From Eledone cirrhosa (taxonomy: Eukaryota): a stretch of 64,000 nt of DNA. The position numbers were made by a program, and so were the translations under genes. The stretch is taken from NCBI GenBank assembly GCA_964016885.1, contig OZ024740.1:186001-250000 (forward strand), read 5' to 3'. The notes beneath the pieces are model-generated. The model saw only the letters and a program-made list of their open reading frames with translations. It searched no databases and was not told the origin of the DNA. This document shows positions 50,880-64,000 of this stretch, piece by piece; the first letter of the stretch is position 1, and the number at the start of each line of letters is the position of its first letter.

Positions 50880-51555
50880 ATATTGGGATTAAAGTTTTGG
50901 AAGGAGTGTCGGAAGCGGTGCTGGCAAGACACCATTTAAGTGTATAAGATTTATTTTTAGATTTTAGATAGTGTATGTAGCTAGACTGTGTTTTTTGAAA
51001 GAGTGGAGGTGCGAATTGTATCTAGTTTTGAAGCAGTTTGAAGTAGAGCCTATATAGGTTTTAGAAGAGTTGCTAGTTGTGACGGTGCATGAGTATATGA
51101 TATCCTTGATTAAGCATTTTTTGTCTAAAGGGCAGGTTCTATTTGATCTACAGTTACAATTATTCTGGGTGTTAGTCTGCCGGTTATTATGTTGTGTAGA
51201 AGTAGCTATAGGATTATAGTTATGGGGGTTGTCATTCCCAGCATTATTGATTACACTAGTGCTATTACTATTATTTCTATTGTTATTAGGGTTAGTTGAT
51301 ATAATGTTATTTTGAAGGTTTATCGTCTGTTGTGATTTAGTTTGTTGGAAGGAAGAATTAATTTTTCTTTTATTGCTACTAGCTATGTGGTATGCTATGT
51401 TAGGCGTAGTAGAGTAGGAGATTTTAATAGTGTTTTTGTTTAAAAGGCTATGGTACTTGTGGCCAGATGGGAAGTTTTTATCTAGTAGTGAGAAGAAAGC
51501 CCTAGGTAGGTTGGTAGAGACGTTTAGATTAAAAGGAGGGTTGAAAAATGTATTG
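50880..51555 (-). mobile_element. Second, unrelated Penelope-like element (thumb, Cys linker, GIY-YIG), cut off by the satellite
   Basis: FFNPPFN..TN..F..LLDKNFP.GHK...NKNTIKISYS..PN; CNCR..CPL..C..DIIYSCTV..YIGST..FKTRYNSH; its 3' region may extend to the hammerhead at 49.36 kb. Confidence 0.88.
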
Positions 51556-54500
51556 TGAGAGAGACAGTATGGTGTGTGTGAGAGAGATAGTATGGTGTGT
51601 GTGTGAGAGAGACAGTATGGTGTGTGTGAGAGAGACAGTATGGCGTGTGAGAGAGAGAGACAGCATGGAATGTGTGAGAGACAGTATGGTGTGTGTGAGA
51701 GAGACAGTATGGTGTGTGAGAGAGACAGTATGGTGTGTGAGAGAGAAAGTATGGTGTGTGAGAGAGAGACAGTATGGTGTGAGAGAGAGAGACAGTATGG
51801 TGTGAGAGAGACAGTATGGTGCGTATGTGAGAGAATGTATAGTGTATGTGAGAGAGACAGTATGGTGTGTGTGTGAGAGACAGTATGGTGTGTATGAGAG
51901 AGACAGTATGGTGTGTGTGTGTGAGAGACAGTATGGTGTGTGTGTGAGAGAGACAGTATGTTGTGTGTGAAAGACAGCATGGTGTATGTGAGAGAGACAG
52001 CATGGTGTGTGTGAGAGACAGTATGGTGTGTGTGAGAGAGAGAGTATGGTGTGTGTGAGAGAGAGAGTATGGTGTGTGAGAGAGAGACAGTATGGTGTAT
52101 GTGACAGAGAGAGTATAGTGTGTGAGAGAGAGACAGTATGGTGTATGTGAGAGAGAGAGTATGGTGTGTGAGAGAGAGACAGTATGGTGTATGTGAGAGA
52201 GACAGCATGGTGTGTGAGAGAGACAGTATGGTGTGTGTGAGAGACAGACAGTATGGTGTGTGAGAGACAGACAGTATGGTGTGTGTGAGAGAGACAGTAT
52301 GGTGTGTGAGAGAGAGATAGTATGGTGTGTGAGAGAGACAGTATGGTGTGTGTGAGAGAGACATTATGGTGTGTGTGAGAGAGACAGTATGGTGTGTGTG
52401 AGAGAGACAGTATGGTGTGTGTGAGAGACGGTATCGTGTGTGAGAGAGAGACAGTATGGTGTGTGTGAGAGACGGTATCGTGTGTGAGAGAGAGACAGTA
52501 TGGTGTGTGAGAGAGAGACAGTATGGTGTGTGTGAGAGACTGTATGGTGTGTGAGAGAGAGACAGTATGGTGTGTGTGAGAGACTGTATGGTGTGTGAGA
52601 GAGACAGTATGGTGTGTGAGAGAGAGACAGTATGGTGTGTGAGAGAGAGACAGTATGGTGTGTGTGAGAGAGAGACAGTACGCTGTGTGTGAGAGACAGT
52701 ATGGTGTGTGAGAGAGACAGTATGGTGTGTGTGAGAGAGACGGTATGGTGTGTGAGAGAGAGACAGTATGGTGTGTGTGAGAGACTGTATGGTGTGTGAG
52801 AGAGAGACAGTATGGTGTGTGTGAGAGACTGTATGGTGTGTGAGAGAGTCAGTATGGTGTATGAGAGAGACAGTATGGTGTGTGAGAGAGACAGTATGGT
52901 GTGTGTGAGAGACAGTATGGTGTGTGTGAGAGAGAGACAGTACGGTGTGTGTGTGAGAGACAGTATGGTGTGTGCGTGAGAGAGACAGTATGGTGTGTGT
53001 GTGTGAGAGGGACAGTATGGTGTGTGTGTGAGAGAGACAGTTTGGTGTGTGTGAGAGACAGTAGGGTGTGTGTGAGAGAGAGACAGTATGGTGTGTGTGT
53101 GAGAGAGACAGTATGTTGTGTGTGTGAGAGAAAGTATGGTGTGTGTGTGTGAGAGACAGTATGGTGTGTGTGAGAGAAAGACAGTATGGTGTGTGTGAGA
53201 GAGAGACAGTATGGTGTGTGTGAGAGAAAGAGAGTATGGTGTCTGTGTGAGAGAGACAGTATGGTGTGTGAGAGAGACAGGATGGTGTGTGTGAGAGAGA
53301 CAGTATGGTGTGTGAGAGAGACAGTATGGTGTGCGTGAGAGAGAGACAGTATGGTGTGTGTGAGAGAAAGAGAGTATGGTGTGTGTGAGAGACAGTATGG
53401 TGTGTGAGAGAGACAGTATGGTGTGTGAGAGAGAGAGTATGGTGTGTGTGAGAGAGACAGTATGGTGTGTGAGAGAGACAGTATGGTGTGTGTGAGAGAG
53501 ACAGTATGGTGTGTGTGAGACAGAGACAGTATGGTGTGTGTGAGACAGAGACAGTATGGTGTGTGTGCGAGAAAGAGAGTATGGTGTGTGTGAGAGAGAC
53601 AGTATGGCGTGTGAGAGAGTATGGTGTGCGAGACAGAATGGTGTTTGTCAGAGAGAGACAGCATGGTGTGTGTGAGAGACAGTATGGTGTGTGTGAGAGA
53701 GACAGTATGGTGTGTGTGTGAGAGAGACAGTACGGTGTGTGTGTGAGAGACAGTATGGTGTGTGCGTGAGAGAGACAGTATGGTGTGTGTGTGTGAGAGG
53801 GACAGTATGGTGTGTGTGTGAGAGAGACAGTTTGGTGTGTGTGAGAGACAGTAGGGTGTGTGTGAGAGAGAGACAGTATGGTGTGTGTGTGAGAGAGACA
53901 GTTTGGTGTGTGTGAGAGACAGTAGGGTGTGTGTGAGAGAGAGACAGTATGGTGTGTGTGTGTGAGAGAGACAGTATGTTGTGTGTGTGAGAGAAAGTAT
54001 GGTGTGTGTGTGAGAGAAAGTATGGTGTGTGTGTGAGAGAGACAGTATGGTGTGTGTGAGAGAGACAGTATGGTGTGTGTGAGAGAGACAGTATGGTGTG
54101 TGTGTGTGAGAGGGACAGTATGGTGTGTGTGTGAGAGAGACAGTTTGGTGTGTGTGAGAGACAGTAGGGTGTGTGTGAGAGAGAGACAGTATGGTGTGTG
54201 TGTGAGAGAGACAGTATGTTGTGTGTGTGAGAGAAAGTATGGTGTGTGTGTGAGAGAGACAGTATGGTGTGTGTGAGAGAAAGACAGTATGGTGTGTGTG
54301 AGAGAGAGACAGTATGGTGTGTGTGAGAGAAAGAGAGTATGGTGTCTGTGTGAGAGAGACAGTATGGTGTGTGAGAGAGACAGGATGGTGTGTGTGAGAG
54401 AGACAGTATGGTGTGTGAGAGAGACAGTATGGTGTGTGCGTGAGAGAGACAGTATGGTGTGTGTGTGTGAGAGGGACAGTATGGTGTGTGTGTGAGAGAG

Positions 54501-57500
54501 ACAGTTTGGTGTGTGTGAGAGACAGTAGGGTGTGTGTGAGAGAGAGACAGTATGGTGTGTGTGTGTGAGAGAGACAGTATGTTGTGTGTGTGAGAGAAAG
54601 TATGGTGTGTGTGTGAGAGAAAGTATGGTGTGTGTGTGAGAGAGACAGTATGGTGTGTGTGAGAGAGACAGTATGGTGTGTGTGAGAGAGACAGTATGGT
54701 GTGTGTGTGTGAGAGGGACAGTATGGTGTGTGTGTGAGAGAGACAGTTTGGTGTGTGTGAGAGACAGTAGGGTGTGTGTGAGAGAGAGACAGTATGGTGT
54801 GTGTGTGAGAGAGACAGTATGTTGTGTGTGTGAGAGAAAGTATGGTGTGTGTGTGAGAGAGACAGTATGGTGTGTGTGAGAGAAAGACAGTATGGTGTGT
54901 GTGAGAGAGAGACAGTATGGTGTGTGTGAGAGAAAGAGAGTATGGTGTCTGTGTGAGAGAGACAGTATGGTGTGTGAGAGAGACAGGATGGTGTGTGTGA
55001 GAGAGACAGTATGGTGTGTGAGAGAGACAGTATGGTGTGTGTGAGAGAGAGACAGTATGGTGTGTGTGAGAGAGACAGTTTGGTGTGTGTGAGAGACAGT
55101 TTGGTGTGTGTGAGAGACAGTAGGGTGTGTGTGAGAGAGAGACAGTATGGTGTGTGTGTGTGAGAGAGACAGTATGTTGTGTGTGTGAGAGAAAGTATGG
55201 TGTGTGTGTGAGAGAAAGTATGGTGTGTGTGTGAGAGAGACAGTACGGTGTGTGTGTGAGATACAGTATGGTGTGTGCGTGAGAGAGACAGTATGGTGTG
55301 TGTGTGTGAGAGGGACAGTATGGTGTGTGTGTGAGAGAGACAGTTTGGTGTGTGTGAGAGACAGTAGGGTGTGTGTGAGAGAGAGACAGTATGGTGTGTG
55401 TGTGAGAGAGACAGTATGTTGTGTGTGTGAGAGAAAGTATTGTGTGTGTGTGAGAGAGACAGTATGGTGTGTGTGAGAGAAAGACAGTATGGTGTGTGTG
55501 AGAGAGAGACAGTATGGTGTGTGTGAGAGAAAGAGAGTATGGTGTCTGTGTGAGAGAGACAGTATGGTGTGTGAGAGAGACAGGATGGTGTGTGTGAGAG
55601 AGACAGTATGGTGTGTGAGAGAGACAGTATGGTGTGTGTGAGAGAGAGACAGTATGGTGTGTGTGAGAGAAAGAGAGTATGGTGTGTGTGAGAGACAGTA
55701 TGGTGTGTGAGAGAGACAGTATGGTGTGTGAGAGAGAGAGTATGGTGTGTGTGAGAGAGACAGTATGGTGTGTGAGAGAGACAGTATGGTGTGTGTGAGA
55801 GAGACAGTATGGTGTGTGTGCGAGAAAGAGAGTATGGTGTGTGTGAGAGAGACAGTATGGCGTGTGAGAGAGTATGGTGTGCGAGACAGAATGGTGTTTG
55901 TCAGAGAGAGACAGCATGGTGTGTGTGAGAGACAGTATGGTGTGTGTGAGAGAGACAGTATGGTGTGTGTGAGACAGTATGGTGTGTGTGAGACAGACAG
56001 TATGGTGTGTGTGAGACAGACAGTATGGTGTGTGTGTGAGACAGACAGTATGGTGTGTGTGTGAGAGACAGTATGGTGTGTATGAGAGAGACAGTATGGT
56101 GTGTGTGTGTGAGAGACAGTATGGTGTGTGTGTGAGAGAGACAGTATGGTGTGTGTGAAAGACAGCATGGTGTATGTGAGAGAGACAGCATGGTGTGTGT
56201 GAGAGACAGTATGGTGTGTGTGAGAGAGAGACAGTACGGTGTGTGTGTGAGAGACAGTATGGTGTGTGCGTGAGAGAGACAGTATGGTGTGTGTGTGTGA
56301 GAGGGACAGTATGGTGTGTGTGTGAGAGAGACAGTTTGGTGTGTGTGAGAGACAGTAGGGTGTGTGTGAGAGAGAGACAGTATGGTGTGTGTGTGTGAGA
56401 GAGACAGTATGTTGTGTGTGTGAGAGAAAGTATGGTGTGTGTGTGAGAGAAAGTATGGTGTGTGTGTGAGAGAGACAGTATGGTGTGTGTGAGAGAGACA
56501 GTATGGTGTGTGTGAGAGAAAGACAGTATGGTGTGTGTGAGAGAGAGACAGTATGGTGTGTGTGAGAGAAAGAGAGTATGGTGTGTGTGAGAGAGACAGT
56601 ATGGTGTGTGAGAGAGACAGGATGGTGTGTGTGAGAGAGACAGTATGGTGTGTGAGAGAGACAGTATGGTGTGTGTGAGAGAGAGACAGTATGGTGTGTG
56701 TGAGAGAAAGAGAGTATGGTGTGTGTGAGAGACAGTATGGTGTGTGAGAGAGACAGTATGGTGTGTGAGAGAGAGAGTATGGTGTGTGTGAGAGAGACAG
56801 TATGGTGTGTGAGAGAGACAGTATGGTGTGTGAGAGAGACAGTATGGTGTGTGTGAGAGAGACAGTATGGTGTGTGTGAGACAGAGACAGTATGGTGTGT
56901 GTGCGAGAAAGAGAGTATGGTGTGTGTGAGAGAGACAGTATGGCGTGTGAGAGAGAGAGTATGGTGTGCGAGACAGAATGGTGTTTGTCAGAGAGACAGT
57001 ATGGTGTGTGAGAGAGAGACAGCATGGTGTGTGTGAGAGACAGTATGGTGTGTGTGAGAGAGACAGTATGGTGTGTGTGAGACAGTATGGTGTGTGAGAG
57101 AGAGACAGTATGGTGTGAGAGAGAGAGACAGTATGGTGTGAGAGAGAGACAGTATGGTGTGAGTGAGAGACAGTATGGTGTGTGTGAGAGAGACAGCATG
57201 GTGTGTGAGAGAGACAGTATGGTGTGTGTGAGAGAGACAGTATGGTGTGTGTGAGAGACAGAGACAGTATGGTGTATGTGTGAGAGAGACAGTATGGTGT
57301 GTGTGAGAGAGACAGCATGGTGTGTGTCAGACAGACAGTATGGTGTGTGTGAGACAGACAGTATGGTGTGTGTGAGACAGACAGTATGGTGTGTGTGTGA
57401 GACAGACAGTATGGTGTGTGTGAGACAGACAGTATGGTGTGTGTGAGACAGTATTGTGTGTGTGAGACAGACAGTTTGGTGTGTGAGAGAGAGACAGTAT

Positions 57501-60500
57501 GGTGTGAGAGAGAGACAGTATGGTGTGTGTGAGAGACAGTATGGTGTGTGTGAGAGAGACAGTATGGTGTGTGTGAGAGAGACAGTATGGTGTGTGTGAG
57601 AGAGACAGTATGGTGTGTGTGAGACAGAGACAGTATGGTGTGTGTGCGAGAAAGAGAGTATGGTGTGTGTGAGAGAGACAGTATGGCGTGTGAGAGAGTA
57701 TGGTGTGCGAGACAGAATGGTGTTTGTCAGAGAGAGACAGCATGGTGTGTGTGAGAGACAGTATGGTGTGTGTGAGAGAGACAGTATGGTGTGTGTGTGT
57801 GAGAGACAGTATGGTGTGTGTGAGACAGACAGTATGGTGTGTGTGAGACAGTATGGTGTGTGTGAGAGAAAGAGAGTATGGTGTGTGTGAGAGAAAGAGA
57901 GTATGGTGTGTGTGAGAGACAGTATGGTGTGTGAGAGAGACAGTATGGTGTGTGAGAGAGAGAGTATGGTGTGTGTGAGAGAGACAGTATGGTGTGTGAG
58001 AGAGACAGTATGGTGTGTGTGAGAGAGACAGCATGGTGTGTGAGAGAGACAGTATGGTGTGTGTGAGAGAGACAGTATGGTGTGTGTGAGAGACAGTATG
58101 GTGTGTGTGAGAGAGACAGTATGGTGTGTGTGAGAGAGACAGTATGGTGTGTGTGAGAGAGACAGTATGGTGTGTATGAGACAGAGACAGTATGGTGTGT
58201 GTGCGAGAAAGAGAGTATGGTGTGTGTGAGAGAGACAGTATGGCGTGTGAGAGAGTATGGTGTGCGAGACAGAATGGTGTTTGTCAGAGAGAGACAGCAT
58301 GGTGTGTGTGAGAGACAGTATGGTGTGTGTGAGAGAGACAGTATGGTGTGTGTGTGAGAGACAGTATGGTGTGTGTGAGACAGACAGTATGGTGTGTGTG
58401 AGACAGTATGGTGTGTGTGAGAGAAAGAGAGTATGGTGTGTGTGAGAGAAAGAGAGTATGGTGTGTGTGAGAGACAGTATGGTGTGTGAGAGAGACAGTA
58501 TGGTGTGTGAGAGAGAGAGTATGGTGTGTGTGAGAGAGACAGTATGGTGTGTGAGAGAGACAGTATGGTGTGTGTGAGAGAGACAGCATGGTGTGTGAGA
58601 GAGACAGTATGGTGTGTGTGAGAGAGACAGTATGGTGTGTGTGAGAGACAGAGACAGTATGGTGTATGTGTGAGAGAGACAGTATGGTGTGTGTGAGAGA
58701 GACAGCATGGTGTGTGTCAGACAGACAGTATGGTGTGTGTGAGACAGACAGTATGGTGTGTGTGAGACAGACAGTATGGTGTGTGTGTGAGACAGACAGT
58801 ATGGTGTGTGTGAGAGACAGTATGGTGTGTGTGAGACAGTATTGTGTGTGTGAGACAGACAGTTTGGTGTGTGAGAGAGAGACAGTATGGTGTGAGAGAG
58901 AGACAGTATGGTGTGTGTGAGAGACAGTATGGTGTGTGTGAGAGAGACAGCATGGTGTGTGAGAGAGACAGTATGGTGTGTGTGAGAGAGACAGTATGGT
59001 GTGTGTGAGAGACAGTATGGTGTGTGTGAGAGAGACAGTATCGTGTGTGTGAGAGAGACAGTATGGTGTGTGAGAGAGAGACAGTATGGTGTGTGTGAGA
59101 GACAGACAGTATGGTGTGTGTGAGAGACAGACAGTATGGTGTGTGTGAGAGACAGACAGTATGGTGTGTGTGAGAGAGACATTATCGTGTGTGTGTGAGA
59201 GACAGTATGGTGTGTGTGAGAGACAGACAGTCTGGTGTGTGTGTGAGACAGACAGTATGGTGTGTGTGAGAGAGACAGACAGTATGGTGTGTGTGAGAGA
59301 GACAGTATGGTGTGTGAGAGAGACAGAATGGTGTGTGAGAGAGAGACAGTATGGTGTATTTGTGAGAGAGACTGTATGGTGTGTGAGAGAGACAGTATGG
59401 TGTGTGAGAGAGACAGTATGGTGTGTGAGAGAGACAGTATGGTGTGTGAGAGAGACAGTATGGTGTGTGAGAGAGACAGTATGGTGTGTGAGAGAGACAG
59501 TATGGTGTGTGTGAGAGACAGCATGGTGTGTGTGAGAGAGACAATATGGTGTGTGTGAGAGAGACAGTATGGTGTGTGTGAGAGAGACAGTATGGTGTGT
59601 GCGAGAGAGACAGTATGGTGTGTGCGAGAGAGACAGTATGGTGTGTGTGAGAGAGAGACAGTATGGTGTGTGTGTGAGAGAGACAGTATGGTGTGTGTGT
59701 GAGAGACAGTATGGTGTGTGTGTGAGAGAGACAGTATGGTGTGTGTGAGAGAGACATTATGGCGTGTGTGAGAGAGAGCCAGTATGGTGTGTGTGAGAGA
59801 AAGAGAGTATGGTGTGTGTGAGAGAAAGAGAGTATGGTGTGTGTGAGAGAGACAGTATGGTGTGTGTGTGAGAGACAGTATGGTGTGTGTGTGAGACAGA
59901 CAGTATGGTGTGTGAGAGAGACAGTATGGTGTGTGAGAGAGAGACAGTATGGTGTGTGTGTGAGACAGACAGTATGGTGTGTGTGTGAGACAGACAGTAT
60001 GGTGTGTGAGAGAGACAGTATGGTGTGTGAGAGAGAGACAGTGTGGTCTGTGAGAGAGACAGTATGTTGTGTGTGTGAGACAGACAGTATGGTGTGTGAG
60101 AGAGACAGTATGGTGTGTGAGAGAGAGACAGTATGGTGTGTGAGAGAGACAGTATGGTGTGTGTGTGAGACAGACAGTATGGTGTGTGAGAGAGACAGTA
60201 TGGTGTGTGAGAGAGAGACAGTATGGTGTGTGAGAGAGAGACAGTATGGTGTGTGAGAGAGACTGTATGGTGTGTGAGAGAGACAGTATGGTGGGCGAGA
60301 GAGAGACAGTATGGTGTGTGAAAGAGACAGTATGGTGTGTGTGAGAGAGACAGTATGGTGTGAGAGAGAGAGTATGGTGTGTGAGAGAGAGAGTATGGTG
60401 TGTGTGAGAGAGACAGTATGGTGTGTGGGAGAGAAAGAGAGTATGGTGTGTGTGAGAGAAAGAGAGTATGGTGTGTGTGAAAGAGACAGTATGGTGTGTG

Positions 60501-63500
60501 TGAGAGAGACAGTATGGTGTGTGAGAGAGAGACAGTATGGTGTGTGTGAGAGAGAGACAGTATGGTGTGTGTGAGAGAGACAGTATGGTGTGTGAGAGAG
60601 AGACAGTATGGTGTGTGTGTGAGAGAGACAGTATGGTGTGTGTGAGAGAGACAGTATGGTGTGTGTGAGAGAGAGACAGTATGGTGTGTGTGAGAGAGAG
60701 AGAGTATGGTGTGTGTGAGAGAAAGAGAGTATGGTGTGTGTGAGAGAGACAGTATGGTGTGTGAGAGAGAGAGTATGGTGTGTGTGTGAGAGACAGAATG
60801 GTGTGTGTCAGAGAGACAGTATGGTGTGTGTGAGAGACAGTATGGTGTATGTGTGAGAGAGACAGTATGGTGTGTGTGAGAGAGACAGCATGGTGTGTGT
60901 GAGACAGACAGTATGGTGTGTGTGAGACAGACAGTATGGTGTGTGAGACAGACAGTATGGTGTGTGAGAGAGACAGTATGGTGTGTGTGAGAGAGACAGT
61001 ATGGTGTGTGTGAGACAGACAGTATGGTGTGTGAGAGAGAGACAGTATGGTGTGAGAGAGAGACAGCATGGTGTGTGAGAGAGAGACAGTATGGTGTGTG
61101 TGAGACAGACAGTATGGTGTGTGTGAGACAGACAGTATGGTGTGTGAGAGAGACAGTATGGTGTGTGTGAGAGAGACAGTATGGTGTGAGAGAGAGACAG
61201 TATGGTGTGTGAGAGAGAGACAGTATGGTGTGTGTGAGACAGACAGTATGGTGTGTGAGAGAGACAGTATGGTGTGTGTGAGAGAGACAGTATGGTGTGT
61301 GTGAGACAGACATTATGGTGTGTGAGACAGACAGTATGGTGTGTGAGAGAGAGACAGTATGATGTGAGAGAGAGACAGCATGGTGTGTGAGAGAGACAGT
61401 ATGGTGTGTGTGAGACAGACAGTATGGTGTGTGTGAGAGAGACAGTATGGTGTGTGAGAGAGACAGTATGGTTTGTGTGAGAGAGACAGTATGGTGTGTG
61501 AGAGAGAGACAGTATGGTGTGTGTGAGAGAGACAGTATGGTGTGTGTGAGAGAGACAGTATGGTGTGTGTGAGAGACAGTATGGTGTGTGTGTGAGAGAC
61601 AGACACTATGGTGTGTGTGAGAGAGACAGTATGGTGGGTGAGAGAGAGACAGTATGGTGTGTGTGCGAGAGAGACAGTATGGTGTGTGTGTGAGAGAGAC
61701 AGTATGGTGTGTGAGAGAGAGACAGTATGGTGTGTGTGAGAGACAGTATGGTGTGTGTGAGAGAGACAGTTTGGTGTGTGTGAGAGAGACAGTATGGTGT
61801 GTGTGAGAGACAGTATGGTGTGTGTGAGAGAGACAGTATGGTGTGAGAGAGAGAGTATGGTGTGTGAGAGAGACAGTATGGTGTGTGTGAGCGAGACAGT
61901 ATGGTGTGTGAGAGAGAGAGTATGGTGTGTGTGAGAGAGACAGTATGGTGTGTGAGAGAGAGAGTATGTTGTGTGTGTGAGAGACAGAATGGTGTGACAG
62001 AGACAGTATGGTGTGTGTGAGAGTAAGAGAGTATGGTGTGTCTGAGAGAGACAGTATGGTGTGTGTGAGAGAGACAGTATGGTGTGTGAGAGTGAGACAG
62101 TATGGTGTGTGTGAGAGAGAAAGTATGGTGTGTGTGAGAGAGACAGTATGGTGTGTGTGAGAGAGACAGTATGGTGTGTGTGAGAGACTGTATGGTGTGT
62201 GAGAGAGAGACAGTATGGTGTGTGTGAGAGACTGTATGGTGTGTGAGAGAGACAGTATGGTGTGTGAGAGAGAGACAGTATGGTGTGTGAGAGAGAGACA
62301 GTATGGTGTGTGTGAGAGAGAGACAGTACGCTGTGTGTGAGAGACAGTATGGTGTGTGAGAGAGACAGTATGGTGTGTGTGAGAGAGACGGTATGGTGTG
62401 TGAGAGAGAGACAGTATGGTGTGTGTGAGAGACTGTATGGTGTGTGAGAGAGTCAGTATGGTGTGTGAGAGAGACAGTATGGTGTGTGAGAGAGACAGTA
62501 TGGTGTGTGTGAGAGACAGTATGGTGTGTGTGCGAGAGAGACAGTACGGTGTGTGTGTGAGAGACAGTATGGTGTGTGCGTGAGAGAGACAGTATGGTGT
62601 GTGTGTGTGAGAGGGACAGTATGGTGTGTGTGTGAGAGAGACAGTTTGGTGTGTGTGAGAGACAGTAGGGTGTGTGTGAGAGAGAGACAGTATGGTGTGT
62701 GTGTGAGAGAGACAGTATGTTGTGTGTGTGAGAGAAAGTATGGTGTGTGTGTGAGAGAGACAGTATGGTGTGTGTGAGAGAGAGACAGTATGGTGTGTGT
62801 GAGAGAGAGACAGTATGGTGTGTGAGAGAGACAGTATGGTGTGTGAGAGAGACAGTATGGTGTGTGTCAGAGAGACAGTATGGTGTGTGTCAGAGAGACA
62901 GTATGGTGTGTGTGAGAGAGAGACAGTATGGTGTGTGTGAGAGAAAGAGAGTATGGTGTGTGTGAGAGAGAGAGTATGGTGTGTGAGAGAGACAGTATGG
63001 TGTGTGAGAGAGAGAGTATGGTGTGTGTGAGAGAGATAGTATGGTGTGTGAGAGAGACAATATGGTGTGTGTGAGACAGAGACAGTATGGTGTGTGTGCG
63101 AGAAAGAGAGTATGGTGTGTGTGAGAGAGACAGTATGGCGTGTGTGTGAGAGACAGAATGGTGTGTGTCAGAGAGATAGTATGGTGTGTGTATGAGACAG
63201 TATGGTGTGTGCGAGAGAGACAGTATGGTGTGTGTGAGACAGTATGGTGTATGTGTGAGAGAGACAGTATGGTGTGTGTGAGAGAGACAGCATGGTGTGT
63301 GTGAGAGAGACAGCATGGTGTGTGTGAGACAGACAGTATGGTGTTTATGAGACAGACAGTATGGTGTGTGTGAGACAGACAGTATGGTGTGTGAGAGAGA
63401 GACAGTATGGTGTGTGTGAGAGACAGTATGGTGTGTGTGAGAGAGACAGCATGGTGTGTGTGAGAGACAGTATGGTGTGTGTGAGAGACAGTATGGTGTG

Positions 63501-64000
63501 TGTGAGAGAGACAGTATCATGTGTGTGAGAGAGACAGTATGGTGTGTGTGAGAGACAGACAGTATGGTGTATGTGAGAGACAGACAGTATGGTGTGTGTG
63601 AGAGAGACAGTATGGTGTGTGAGAGAGACAGTATGGTGTGTGAGAGAGACAGTATGGTGTGTGTGAGAGACAGTATGGTGTGTGTGAGAGAGACAGCATG
63701 GTGTGTGTGAGAGACAGTATGGTGTGTGTGAGAGAGACAGTATCATGTGTGTGAGAGAGACAGTATGGTGTGTGTGAGAGACAGACAGTATGGTGTGTGT
63801 GAGAGAGACATTATCGTGTGTGTGTGAGAGACAGTATGGTGTGTGTGAGAGACAGACAGTCTGGTGTGTGTGTGAGACAGACAGTATGGTGTGTGTGAGA
63901 GAGACAGACAGTATGGTGTGTGTGAGAGAGACAGTATGGTGTGTGAGAGAGACAGAATGGTGTGTGAGAGAGAGACAGTATGGTGTATGTGTGAGAGAGA
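51556..64000. repeat. Compound (GA)n-CAGTATG-(GT)n satellite, ~19-27-bp unit, with higher-order duplications; runs off the window
   Basis: Unit gagagagacagtatggtgtgtgt; diagnostic variants recur in fixed order. Confidence 0.98.

Noticed and set aside
50964-61313. Very long minus-strand ORFs (1734, 1489, 1722 aa), one fused in frame to a GIY-YIG domain
   Set aside because: The satellite's CA/TC strand has almost no stop codons in any frame; only the last ~195 aa (PLE) are real coding relic

Overview
Eukaryotic, repeat-saturated window, most likely cephalopod (octopus-like; inferred from the SINE/RTE repertoire, not proven). Almost all of it is transposons and satellites. Three related RTE-clade LINE families (here A, B, C) include a near-intact copy at 42.5-46.2 kb; all carry a C4HC3 PHD-type finger inside the reverse transcriptase, end in (ATG)n tails and cluster in (TA)n tracts. 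Also present: a tRNA-CORE SINE carrying the RTE-B 3' tail, Meta-domain SINE fragments, a CR1-type LINE interrupted by a solo LTR, a 5'-truncated Tx1/L1 element, an R4/Dong-like relic, mariner and hAT MITEs, and two Penelope-like elements with nearby type I hammerhead ribozyme motifs (one pair forms a 329-bp palindrome). There are three large tandem arrays: a 56-bp unit (8.2 kb), an 83-bp unit (1.6 kb) and a ~23-bp unit (12.4 kb, runs off the window). The first two appear to be amplified pieces of retrotransposons. The only host coding sequence found is one 81-bp ankyrin-repeat exon (minus strand, BARD1-like), so the window may be intronic. All coordinates were read by eye and element boundaries are approximate.
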